DNA from: an uncultured Verrucomicrobiota bacterium
GTDB lineage: Bacteria > Verrucomicrobiota > Kiritimatiellia > JAAZAB01
Length of the DNA: 64,000 nt
Assembly (NCBI GenBank): GCA_964475405.1
Contig: CAYYWX010000009.1
Span: 2,407 to 66,406 of the forward strand
Direction: 5' to 3'
Part shown: positions 37,583 through 46,116 of the stretch, piece after piece
How the letters are laid out: each line of letters begins with the position of its first letter
Numbering within the stretch: position 1 is the first letter of the stretch
Made by a program: the position numbers and the translations under genes
Notes under the pieces: model-generated
Told to the model about the DNA's origin: nothing
Databases searched by the model: none
The model's input: only the letters and a program-made list of their open reading frames with translations

Positions 37583-39163
37583 GTGAACGACAATAAATCA
37601 GGACCGTCTTTTGACGATTTCCGCCGCCAGGTTGACGATATGCTGCGCAAATCGCACATTAACCCGGTCGCCGGCAACCCGCACGAAGCCCCCCGCCCGG
37701 ATGAAGGCTCCGGTCCGAACGCCGAAAAACTGGACAAAATCCGCGAATTCAACCTGAAACCGCGCGAAATCAGGGATTATCTCGACCGCTTTGTGGTCCA
37801 GCAGCAGGAGGCCAAAAAGGTCCTCGCGGTCGCGATTTGTGACCATTACAACCACGCGCGCCAATGCATCGAAAATCCGGCCCTGCGCGAAAGGGAATAT
37901 GCCAAGCAAAACATCATCCTGCTCGGCCCGACCGGCGTCGGCAAAACATACCTGATGCGGTGCATCGCGCGCCTGATCGGCGTGCCGTATGTCAAATCGG
38001 ATGCCACTAAATTTTCGGAGACGGGCTACGTCGGCCATGACGTCGAGGACCTGGTGCGCGACCTGGTGCGGAGCGCCAACGGCGACGTGGACCTGGCCCA
38101 GTACGGCATCATTTATATCGATGAAATCGACAAGATCGCCTCCGCCCAGAACACGGGCGGCCGCGACGTCTCCGGGCGCGGGGTCCAGGTCAACCTCCTG
38201 AAACTGATGGAAGAAACGGACGTGCCACTCCAAAGCCAGACCGACATCCTCGGGCAGATGGAAGCCATGATGCAGTTCCAAAAAACCGGCAAGTCGCCTT
38301 CGCGCACGATCAACACGCGCCATATCCTTTTTATCGTCAGCGGCGCTTTTGAATCAATTGCCGACGGAGTCCAGAAAAGGCTGGCGAAGTCAAAGATCGG
38401 GTTTGCCGCCGATTCCGCCGAGCGGCAATCGGGTGATTATCTCAAAATGGCGCAAACGCGCGATTTCATCACCGGCGGGTTCGAGCCGGAATTCATCGGC
38501 CGCCTGCCGGTGCGCGTGGTGTGCGACCAGTTGAAGGTTGACGACTTGAAACAAATCCTGCTTTCGTCGGAAGACAACATATTGACCCAGTACAAGCGCG
38601 ATTTTTCGGGCTTCGGCATCGATTTTTCAATCACCAACGAGGCGATTGAGGAAGTTGCCCGCCGGGCGATCGAGGAACAAACCGGCGCCCGCGGATTAAT
38701 GACCGTGCTCGAAAGGGTATTCCGCAATTTCAAGTTCCAGCTTCCTTCCACGGCGATCAAGGCGTTCGAGGCCGCGTATGAAACGATTCTTGACCCGGAG
38801 GCGGCCCTGAAAAAAATGCTCCATGCCAACCGCGATTCGCAAAGAGTCCTGCTGCGCGCGGAAATCGCCGATTTTATCCGCCGGTTCAGGGACGCGCATA
38901 ACCTGGAGCTGGTTTTCGACGATGACGCCCTGGATTACCTGGTGGAAATGAGCGTGGAACACGACAAGTCGGCCAGGACAATCTGCGAGCAGAAATTCAA
39001 GGACTTCCAGCACGGCCTGAAAATAATTTCCGGCAATACCGGCCGGACTTCATTCGTGATATCCCGGCCGGCGGTTGAAAATCCGGACAAGGTGCTTTCG
39101 GACTGGATTGTCGACAGTTTCAAGAAAGCACAAGAACGTCCCGCCGCCGGCGCTTCGGTGTGA
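37583..39163 (+). CDS. ClpX-like AAA+ ATPase lacking the N-terminal zinc-binding domain, with a C-terminal extension
   Basis: LDRFVVQQQEAKKVLAVAI, GPTGVGKT (Walker A), IIYIDEIDKI (Walker B) and TRHILFI (sensor) parallel ClpX. No C4 zinc finger. GTG start chosen, 10 nt after AAGGAG. Confidence 0.65.
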   Translation: MNDNKSGPSFDDFRRQVDDMLRKSHINPVAGNPHEAPRPDEGSGPNAEKLDKIREFNLKPREIRDYLDRFVVQQQEAKKVLAVAICDHYNHARQCIENPALREREYAKQNIILLGPTGVGKTYLMRCIARLIGVPYVKSDATKFSETGYVGHDVEDLVRDLVRSANGDVDLAQYGIIYIDEIDKIASAQNTGGRDVSGRGVQVNLLKLMEETDVPLQSQTDILGQMEAMMQFQKTGKSPSRTINTRHILFIVSGAFESIADGVQKRLAKSKIGFAADSAERQSGDYLKMAQTRDFITGGFEPEFIGRLPVRVVCDQLKVDDLKQILLSSEDNILTQYKRDFSGFGIDFSITNEAIEEVARRAIEEQTGARGLMTVLERVFRNFKFQLPSTAIKAFEAAYETILDPEAALKKMLHANRDSQRVLLRAEIADFIRRFRDAHNLELVFDDDALDYLVEMSVEHDKSARTICEQKFKDFQHGLKIISGNTGRTSFVISRPAVENPDKVLSDWIVDSFKKAQERPAAGASV

Positions 39164-41282
39164 TTTTCAATCGCGCCACCCGGCCGTCACGGATTTTTGC
39201 CTCCACGACCGTGTCATAGGGCGCATGCAATTTGAACTCGGCGTTCCATCCCTTCGGCCAGGCCGGCAACAGGTAAATTTTTCGTCCATCGGTCTGCAGC
39301 AGCATTGCCTGGAGCGTCTTGAGCAGGACGCCGCCGTGGTCCTGGTCCGGAATCCAGTCATAGTTCGGGCCCCAGAAGGCCGGGAACCGGGAGAGCGCGT
39401 GCTTGTTGCGCGCGCGTCCGACCAGGTATTTTTTGGCCTGGTCGGCCAGTCCCAGATAGGCCATCCAGATGTCGTCCTGGCGCCAGCCGAAATTACCCCT
39501 GTCCTCGCGGCTTTTGAGCGCTTCAATGGCCAGTTCCCGGCGCGGTTTCCCGACGGCGAAACGGCGGAAGGGGAATACCGCGTAAAGCTCGGGATTTTCG
39601 CAATTCTCCTTATCCGCGAATTTTTCGGCGGGAGCGAGCATGGCGCGGCCCTTAACTTCATGCGTGGGCAGGTCGGGCAGCTTGGCATTCAGTGCGGCCC
39701 AGAACGCGCGTTGTCCGGCGGTGGTCAGGGATTTGTCCAGCGACAATAACCGTTCCGTGACGGCGTGCAAGCCCGCCAATTCCGGCATGGGATTGGTGCA
39801 GTCCCACCAGGTTTCGAGCGCCTGGGAGGGATGCATGCGAAGTTTGCCGGAGGCGTTCACCCGGTAATGCTTGTCAAAGAAAGTCAGAATCTCGCGGGCC
39901 GCGGGCAGAAGAGTTTTTCGCAAAAACGCGGCGTCGAGCGTATGCTCGTGGTAGTCCAGCATCATGAAGACCAGTTCCAGACCCGAGACCCATTCCCATT
40001 TATGATAACCGCTCTCCTGAAGCTTGTCGTTGCGCTCTGTGAATGGTGTCCAGCCATAGGCCACGCTGAAAATGTCGCCCCAGAAATAAATGCATTCCGG
40101 AATGTAGGCGCCCGCGTGCCCGGTATGGCGCATGGTCCGGAACTTGAAGAGGGGCATAAGGTCCCTGGCATACATTTTAAACAGGGGTTGCATCAGGTCG
40201 AAATCTCCTGAGGCGCACATGCCGATGTAGGGCAGGCGGGTGTTCTGCCACCAGTATCCCGGCCCCCAGCGGCGATAATCGGCATCGCCGGGCGTGTCGG
40301 GGGAGGGGACAGTAAAGATTGATCCGTTGAATTTGATTGGATATCGACCGCGCCCCGCGCAGGCGTTGATGTAGCGCTGAAGCGCGCAAGCGCGGCTCAC
40401 CGCAAAGGCATCGTCGCCTTTCGGCGCGGTGACGTGGATCCAGCTCCGGTCCCAGAAATCGCGCCACCAGCGCTCATGGGCTTTGCGTTGCTTCTTGATT
40501 GGAATTGCTGCGCAAGCTTTTAGCGCGGCGCAGGCCGCCCGCCGCCACTTTTCCGGCGTGGACGGGTGCCGGGTTAGCACGGCGATATCGAAATTATGCT
40601 TTTTTGCCGTGGGCGACCGCAGATGCAGGCCGTCGATTTTTTCGCCGTTCCGGGACTGGATAACCGCGCCGAAAATTCGGTGGAGCAACGGATCGGGCCG
40701 TCGAAAATCACCGATTCCCTGGATGCCGGCCAGGAGTTCCGGCCCGACCGACTTGATATTCCGGTGATACCATCCGATGCGGCCGGATAGGTTTGAAATT
40801 ACAGTATCCGGCTCAACCACGGTCGGAATATTTTCCGGGTGTCTTGCCATGACATCGCTCACTTCGACGCTTGGCAGCGTGCAGGGCGCATTGCGCCATA
40901 ATTCGATCGAAGCCGTGGCGGCGACGGGACGGGGGGCGGCAATTTCCATGTGGATGATCGGGCGATTGGCATCCACCCATAGCGTGATGTTGCTGGCCGA
41001 CCGGCCTGATCCGAATTGCACGCGCATCAGGCCCTCCTGCAGGAAAAGCGTCTGGGAAAACACGGCGGAGGCCCGGCGGGGATTCGGATCGAGCGTGATG
41101 CGCACCTTGCCCACCTTCAGGAGGCGCCCGTTATCGTCCCAGCTGTCGGTCTTGGAAATATAGAAAAGCAGGTCGCCGTTTTCCTCAACCCAGGCGTTGA
41201 GTCCGATGTCGCCATTGCCCAGGGGCATTGAATCGTTGTGGTCCTTGCCGGGGGTATTCCAGACAACATTGTATCTTTTCAT
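39120..41282 (-). CDS. six-hairpin glycosidase-like protein (GH95/DUF5703-like N-terminus)
   Basis: The N-terminal DSMPLGNGDIGLNAW...FYISKTD resembles the GH95 N-terminal domain. No signal peptide. The 3' end overlaps the convergent ClpX-like gene by 44 nt. Confidence 0.45.
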   Translation of the reverse strand: MKRYNVVWNTPGKDHNDSMPLGNGDIGLNAWVEENGDLLFYISKTDSWDDNGRLLKVGKVRITLDPNPRRASAVFSQTLFLQEGLMRVQFGSGRSASNITLWVDANRPIIHMEIAAPRPVAATASIELWRNAPCTLPSVEVSDVMARHPENIPTVVEPDTVISNLSGRIGWYHRNIKSVGPELLAGIQGIGDFRRPDPLLHRIFGAVIQSRNGEKIDGLHLRSPTAKKHNFDIAVLTRHPSTPEKWRRAACAALKACAAIPIKKQRKAHERWWRDFWDRSWIHVTAPKGDDAFAVSRACALQRYINACAGRGRYPIKFNGSIFTVPSPDTPGDADYRRWGPGYWWQNTRLPYIGMCASGDFDLMQPLFKMYARDLMPLFKFRTMRHTGHAGAYIPECIYFWGDIFSVAYGWTPFTERNDKLQESGYHKWEWVSGLELVFMMLDYHEHTLDAAFLRKTLLPAAREILTFFDKHYRVNASGKLRMHPSQALETWWDCTNPMPELAGLHAVTERLLSLDKSLTTAGQRAFWAALNAKLPDLPTHEVKGRAMLAPAEKFADKENCENPELYAVFPFRRFAVGKPRRELAIEALKSREDRGNFGWRQDDIWMAYLGLADQAKKYLVGRARNKHALSRFPAFWGPNYDWIPDQDHGGVLLKTLQAMLLQTDGRKIYLLPAWPKGWNAEFKLHAPYDTVVEAKIRDGRVARLKITPKRRRRDVLVLS

Positions 41283-41443
41283 AATTTAACGTATTTCATT
41301 GGCATCCCATAGGATGCCAGGTTGATAGACTGAAGGCTGAAGACTATTAGGAAAATCGCGGAAAAACACGCAATGTTTACCAGTATTTACAAAGTCGTAG
41401 TTCTGGTTTTTGCAAATGCCCGTTTTCTGGTTTTACCTTCAGT

Positions 41444-42204
41444 CTACAGTTTTCCGCCGGAGGCGGATCCGCCCATGGCGGAAAACTGCTTCAGCCTTGC
41501 CGTCCCTATGGGACGGCTGTGAACGTATTTCAAAGGATCGCGGACGCTGTTTTCCTTGAAAGCGGCCAGTCGTTCCACGCAGGACGGGCATTTGCCGCAT
41601 GCCTTCGCATGGCCGCGGTAGCAGCTCCAGGTATGCGCGTAGTTTACGCCGAGCCCCAGCCCGATTTTCAAGACCTCGCTCTTCTTAAAGCCGGCAAACG
41701 GCGCGCGCAGCAGGACCGGTTTGCGCCGGTTCAGTTTCAGGACGCGGTTCATGCCCGCGATGAATTTGGCGGTGCAATCCCAATAGCCGTAGAAATCCTG
41801 CTTCTGGGCGGCATAATAAACCAAGCCGGCGCCGAGCGCCTCGGCATGCGCGCAGGCCAGGGAGATTAAAATCATGTTGCGGTTCGGCACATAGGTCGGG
41901 GGCTGGATGCGCTCTTCCGGCTTTATGGTCGCGAAATCCGGCACCGGGACAAGGCGCGAGGTCAGCGAGGAGGACTTGCCGATGAATTCCGCAAAAAAAG
42001 AAATGTCTATGACGAGATGTTCCCTGACGCCGAGCTGGTTGATCTGCCAGCGCGCGCACGCGAGTTCGCGGTCAAGATGCTTCTGGCCGTAATTAAAGGT
42101 AAGGGCGTACAAGGCGGCGGAAGAAAAGCGCTTTTTCAGGTGATGAAGCAGGGTCGTTGAGTCAAGGCCGCCGCTCAATAAAATGACAGCTTTTTCCTTC
42201 ATTT
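41444..42204 (-). CDS. queC: 7-cyano-7-deazaguanine synthase
   Basis: PP-loop SGGLDS, a C-terminal CxxC...CxxC zinc site, and QueC-type motifs. Start chosen at MKEKAVILLSGG. Confidence 0.9.
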
Positions 42205-42849
42205 TCCGCGCGCGGCCCCCGGCCAGATTTGCCTGTGCAGTTGAAGGTTCAAACGCGCCGGGAGGCAATCCTTGATCATCCAGGCGGCCAGCGTTTGCGG
42301 CTTTAAATAACCGGCGGCCGGGCTGAAATTAACCGCGCGGCAGCGATTGGTCAGCCGGTATTTTTCCGTGATCTTGCGCGCCCATTCATAATCCTTGCGC
42401 CCGCATATGACAAATTTAACCTCATCATCGGGACGCAACCGGCGCATGTTTTCCCAGTGATTACAGGCGGCAAAGCCGCTGCCCGGGCATTTGACATCCA
42501 GGATGGTGATGACCCCCTTGGGAACGCGCGCGATATCGCAACTCCCGTTCGTTTCCAGGATGGTTTGTCCGCGCCGGACGAGCAGTTTCAGCAGGTACAG
42601 GACGCCGCTCTGGAGTAACGGCTCGCCGCCGGTCACGGTCGCGAGCGGGATCCCGCTCGTCCGGAAATCGGCGGCCAGTTTGTCAACGGGGCAGGGGCGT
42701 CCGCCGCGGTAGGCGTATTTGGTGTCGCAATACCGGCAGCGCAGGTTGCATCCGCTCAAGCGGATGAAATAACACGGCCAGCCGGCAAATGTTGTTTCGC
42801 CCTGGATGGAGACAAAGGTTTCGCAGACGCGGACAGTCTTCTTCATCAT
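42199..42849 (-). CDS. queE: 7-carboxy-7-deazaguanine synthase (radical SAM)
   Basis: CNLRCRYCDT radical-SAM cluster motif and QueE-like length and pattern. Confidence 0.9.
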   Translation of the reverse strand: MMKKTVRVCETFVSIQGETTFAGWPCYFIRLSGCNLRCRYCDTKYAYRGGRPCPVDKLAADFRTSGIPLATVTGGEPLLQSGVLYLLKLLVRRGQTILETNGSCDIARVPKGVITILDVKCPGSGFAACNHWENMRRLRPDDEVKFVICGRKDYEWARKITEKYRLTNRCRAVNFSPAAGYLKPQTLAAWMIKDCLPARLNLQLHRQIWPGAARGK

Positions 42850-43220
42850 AATTTGCGGCTGTAATAGGCGGATGTCCCGGCCGACTCGCTAACGCGCACG
42901 CGGTCCAGCCGGCAGGCTGGCGAATTAAATTTCGGATACAGCTCGTCAAAAAATAATCTGGCGATATTTTCCGCGGTTGGATTTGTTTTCCTGAAAACCG
43001 GCAGGGCGTTCAGATGTTGGTGGTCGAGTTTTTCCAGGACCGCCTGGAGTTCCTTCTTCGCCTGCTTGAAGTCAACCAGCATGCCGAGGCGGTTTGTCCG
43101 GGCGCCCCGCAGGAAAATCTCAACTTCCCAGTTATGACCGTGCAAATTGGCGCAGGGGCCCTTGTAGCCGACCAAGCTGTGCGCCCCGCAAAAATGAGAT
43201 TTTATGCTTATTTCGAACAT
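42846..43220 (-). CDS. queD: 6-carboxy-5,6,7,8-tetrahydropterin synthase
   Basis: 124 aa. CGAHSL...HGHNWEV zinc-binding motifs of the QueD/PTPS family. Confidence 0.85.
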   Translation of the reverse strand: MFEISIKSHFCGAHSLVGYKGPCANLHGHNWEVEIFLRGARTNRLGMLVDFKQAKKELQAVLEKLDHQHLNALPVFRKTNPTAENIARLFFDELYPKFNSPACRLDRVRVSESAGTSAYYSRKL

Positions 43221-43407
43221 TTATTCCCCGCATCAAATGAACAAACTATTTGTAAAGGGTAGTGGACGGCTTTTAACTGTCAAGGATGATATTTACTCAG
43301 CACGGCATTATTCTCCTTGCTCGTTCAAGGCGTAGCGATGGGGGGAATATTGCGGATCATGCTGAGTGCTTCGCGCGACACAATGAACCCACTGGTTGAA
43401 ATTGTAT

Positions 43408-43989
43408 TTATTTTGTCCAGTGCCCCACATTGTTTATTATCCACTCGCCGTTTTTCCGCTCCATACGAACCAAATCTCCAATTCCATCACGGAGTCCGCG
43501 AGGCCCGCCTGTCATTACTTCTACCGTGTTTGTCCCTGTGATTTGAACGGAAAGAATGCGAGGATACACGATTTGATAATCTTCGATCATTTGAACGATC
43601 GCCACAAGATTTTCCACCGCCATGTCGGGTGATACGCTAAATTCTATTCTCGCGTTTTGTTGATATGCTTCTTCTCGTTCTTCTGCCGAGACCCTTGACG
43701 ACCATACAAGGATCGAATTATTAAGCGCCGTTTCAATTTGTTGCAAAACATGATAGATGGCTTTTAATTCTTTAATTCTTTTTTTTGAGCAGTCAAAATT
43801 CGCTACTGGCATAACGCCATGAATTGGCTCCAACATCTTCTGCTTCTTTTGAATGGACTTTTGCGTCATCTCAATTTGGGCGAGAAGATTTGCCCGATCC
43901 TCGCGAGATGATGGAGATTCGACCCACGAACATCCAGTTTGGCCGAGGATAAAAACAAGCAAGATTAGAAAATAATTAATGGATTTCAT
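43408..43989 (-). CDS. hypothetical lipoprotein (AT-rich gene)
   Basis: Signal peptide with lipobox-like QTGC. The gene looks lower in GC than its neighbours by eye. Confidence 0.5.
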   Translation of the reverse strand: MKSINYFLILLVFILGQTGCSWVESPSSREDRANLLAQIEMTQKSIQKKQKMLEPIHGVMPVANFDCSKKRIKELKAIYHVLQQIETALNNSILVWSSRVSAEEREEAYQQNARIEFSVSPDMAVENLVAIVQMIEDYQIVYPRILSVQITGTNTVEVMTGGPRGLRDGIGDLVRMERKNGEWIINNVGHWTK

Positions 43990-44018
43990 CTCTTGAAGCA
44001 GATATTTTCAACCGTTCC

Positions 44019-44951
44019 TTATCCAAGCTTGGCGGCCTCCAGGTCTTTATACATCTGCCAGAACAGGATCCAGGGATCAAGGAGGATGGTCTCGCCGCAG
44101 TCGTGAATCTTAAAGACGAAGTGGCTGTGGTCCACTTCCCCCGAGAGCACCCCGGCCCCCCGGGCAAACTGCCGGCCTTTCATTATGGGTTCATGCTCAT
44201 TCACGATGAGTTCAGTCATGTGGTGTGCCTGCAGGATCCATTCCGAGCCATCCGGCCAGCGATGAATGCCGCGCCAGCGGTTGTTGTTGTGTCCCGTTGC
44301 CAGGCTGTTGAAATAAAAGTGGTCATCGATGTCCAGCGGCGCCCAAAGGGGAGTGCCTTTCGGGTGGTTGATGTCCAATCCGCCATGGGCGTCGGCGCCA
44401 TCGTAGGCCCCGAGCCAGCAATCCTCACCCCGGTAACAATTCTCGATCCGCAGTCCGCCGGAGGGCAGAGGGCACCATGGATGAAGGGGTTCCGGGCAGA
44501 TGCGCAGCGTCGCGTCCTGGAGCGCGAACCGCGCGTGCGGCCGCGGGGGATAACCCTCCATGCCGTTCTCCGCCGAGCGGCAAGGGCCGTGGGTCTCGCG
44601 CATGAAGCCAAAGATGGCGTCAACGCAATCGAGCCAAACCCGGACGCCGTTGATCACCCAGGGCTCGTAGAAGCTGCGCTGGGAGCCGACCTCGCGTTCA
44701 AGCGTCGTCAGATCCCCGCCGATGCGCAGGTCAGCCCGGAATCGGTAAACGGTCGTGGCGCCCGGCTCCGGCGTGCCGGGAGATCGCAGGGTGGTCCGCA
44801 CGATCTTTGCCTCGGTGCTCTCCAGGGTCATTTCACGCACGGACCCGTCGCGGAGCTTGAACTCAAGCGTCTCGCCATGGTGCATTTCCACGGCGCTCAA
44901 TGTGGGCTTTGCCCGTCTGCGGATGATCATTGTTTTTGACCCTATCTGCAA
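44019..44951 (-). CDS. M23 (LytM-like) peptidase-domain protein
   Basis: HGGLD (HxxxD), GTPLWAP and DHSHFVF (HxH followed by F) match M23 zinc-site motifs. No obvious signal peptide. Confidence 0.55.
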   Translation of the reverse strand: MQIGSKTMIIRRRAKPTLSAVEMHHGETLEFKLRDGSVREMTLESTEAKIVRTTLRSPGTPEPGATTVYRFRADLRIGGDLTTLEREVGSQRSFYEPWVINGVRVWLDCVDAIFGFMRETHGPCRSAENGMEGYPPRPHARFALQDATLRICPEPLHPWCPLPSGGLRIENCYRGEDCWLGAYDGADAHGGLDINHPKGTPLWAPLDIDDHFYFNSLATGHNNNRWRGIHRWPDGSEWILQAHHMTELIVNEHEPIMKGRQFARGAGVLSGEVDHSHFVFKIHDCGETILLDPWILFWQMYKDLEAAKLG

Positions 44952-45120
44952 TCCTTTAGTAATTTGTAGGTTTAAATGGCCGGATAACCCGAAACCCCGG
45001 CCATTCCGAAAAAAGCTATCACAAGCGGGATGGGTTTGGGAGATAAAATTAATAAACTAGTGTATTGTGACTGAATTAAATGAACTTATGAGAATGAAAA
45101 ACGCCTTAAAATCATGAGTT

Positions 45121-45186
45121 TGTCATTCCGAGCCGAGGCGAGGAATCTCGTTATTGTTGAGATGCTTCGCCAAGCTCAGCATGACA
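45121..45186. repeat. intergenic hairpin element, copy B (TGTCAT...GAGGAATCTC family)
   Basis: tgtcattccgagccgaggcgaggaatctc, loop gttattgtt, then gagatgcttcgccaagctcagcatgaca. Lies in the divergent region between the M23 gene and pcm. Confidence 0.65.
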
Positions 45187-45272
45187 TGCTATTAAATACA
45201 TATCTGAGTGAAACACTACACTAGGGTTCAAATAGGTTTTCGGATAGGCTCTTAATGGCTTGATTTTTACCC

Positions 45273-46031
45273 ATGATTCCATATCATCATAAACAAATGA
45301 TTGTTTTGAACAAGGCCGCCTTACTGGGAATTGTCCTGATAATGAGCCCGTTTTTAAATACCGCGGACAGCGCCGGCCTGAACCGGCCAAAGACCGACGA
45401 CGGCGACTGGCCGGACGAGCGCGCGGCCATGGTCAGGACATTGCGCGTCTACGGCATCAAGGACGAACGGGTGCTTGCGGCAATGGCAAAAGTGCGCCGG
45501 CATCTCTTTATTCCGGCGGCATTCCGCGATCGCCGCGACGCCTATGGCGATCATCCTTGCCCCATCGGTCACGGCCAGACCATTTCCCAGCCGTACATCG
45601 TCGCGCACATGACCGGGAAAATCGCCTTGAAGCCCGGCGAAAAGGTCCTGGAAATCGGGACCGGGTCGGGATACCAGGCGGCCATCCTGGCCGAATGCGG
45701 CGCCGAGGTCTACACGATCGAGCTTATTCCGGAACTGGCGCAACACGCGCGCAAGGTATTGGCCGATGAGGGCTATAAGAACGTGCAGGTGATGACCGGC
45801 GACGGTTACAAGGGCTGGCCGGAACACGCTCCCTTTGACGCGATCATTGTCACTTGCGCGCCGGAAGATATACCGCCGGCGCTCGTGGAACAGCTGAAGG
45901 AGGGCGGACGGATGATATTGCCGGTCGGAAGCGGATCCCAGCAGCTGGTAATCCTCACGAAGAAAGACCGCGTGATTGTCAGGGAGAACGACCTGCCGGT
46001 CAGGTTCGTTCCGATGGTCCGGCAGAAGTAA
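45273..46031 (+). CDS. pcm: protein-L-isoaspartate O-methyltransferase (with N-terminal signal peptide)
   Basis: GHGQTISQPYIVA, VLEIGTGSGYQAA (SAM motif I) and the overall PIMT pattern. Confidence 0.85.
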   Translation: MIPYHHKQMIVLNKAALLGIVLIMSPFLNTADSAGLNRPKTDDGDWPDERAAMVRTLRVYGIKDERVLAAMAKVRRHLFIPAAFRDRRDAYGDHPCPIGHGQTISQPYIVAHMTGKIALKPGEKVLEIGTGSGYQAAILAECGAEVYTIELIPELAQHARKVLADEGYKNVQVMTGDGYKGWPEHAPFDAIIVTCAPEDIPPALVEQLKEGGRMILPVGSGSQQLVILTKKDRVIVRENDLPVRFVPMVRQK

Positions 46032-46116
46032 GTCGGCAACCAGAATTCAGAGGTCAAATATCGGCGGGGCGGAAAGAAAAAGATTCTGCTGATCTCTGAC
46101 TGCTGGTCTCTGATCT

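Noticed and set aside
41326-41446. CTGAAGGCTGAAG 13-mer shared between 41330-41342 and 57384-57396 (reverse complement), plus an 11-bp inverted repeat TAGACTGAAGG / CCTTCAGTCTA spaced 99 nt apart.
   Set aside because: In a 64-kb window read on both strands, on the order of 100 coincidental 13-mer pairs are expected. Flanking similarity is weak, and the right arm overlaps the queC stop codon. This is not convincing as a repeat family.
46091-46112. Short direct repeats (tgatctctga, twice) between the convergent pcm and rsmB genes.
   Set aside because: Too short and too low in complexity to separate from chance. There is no hairpin or U-tract.
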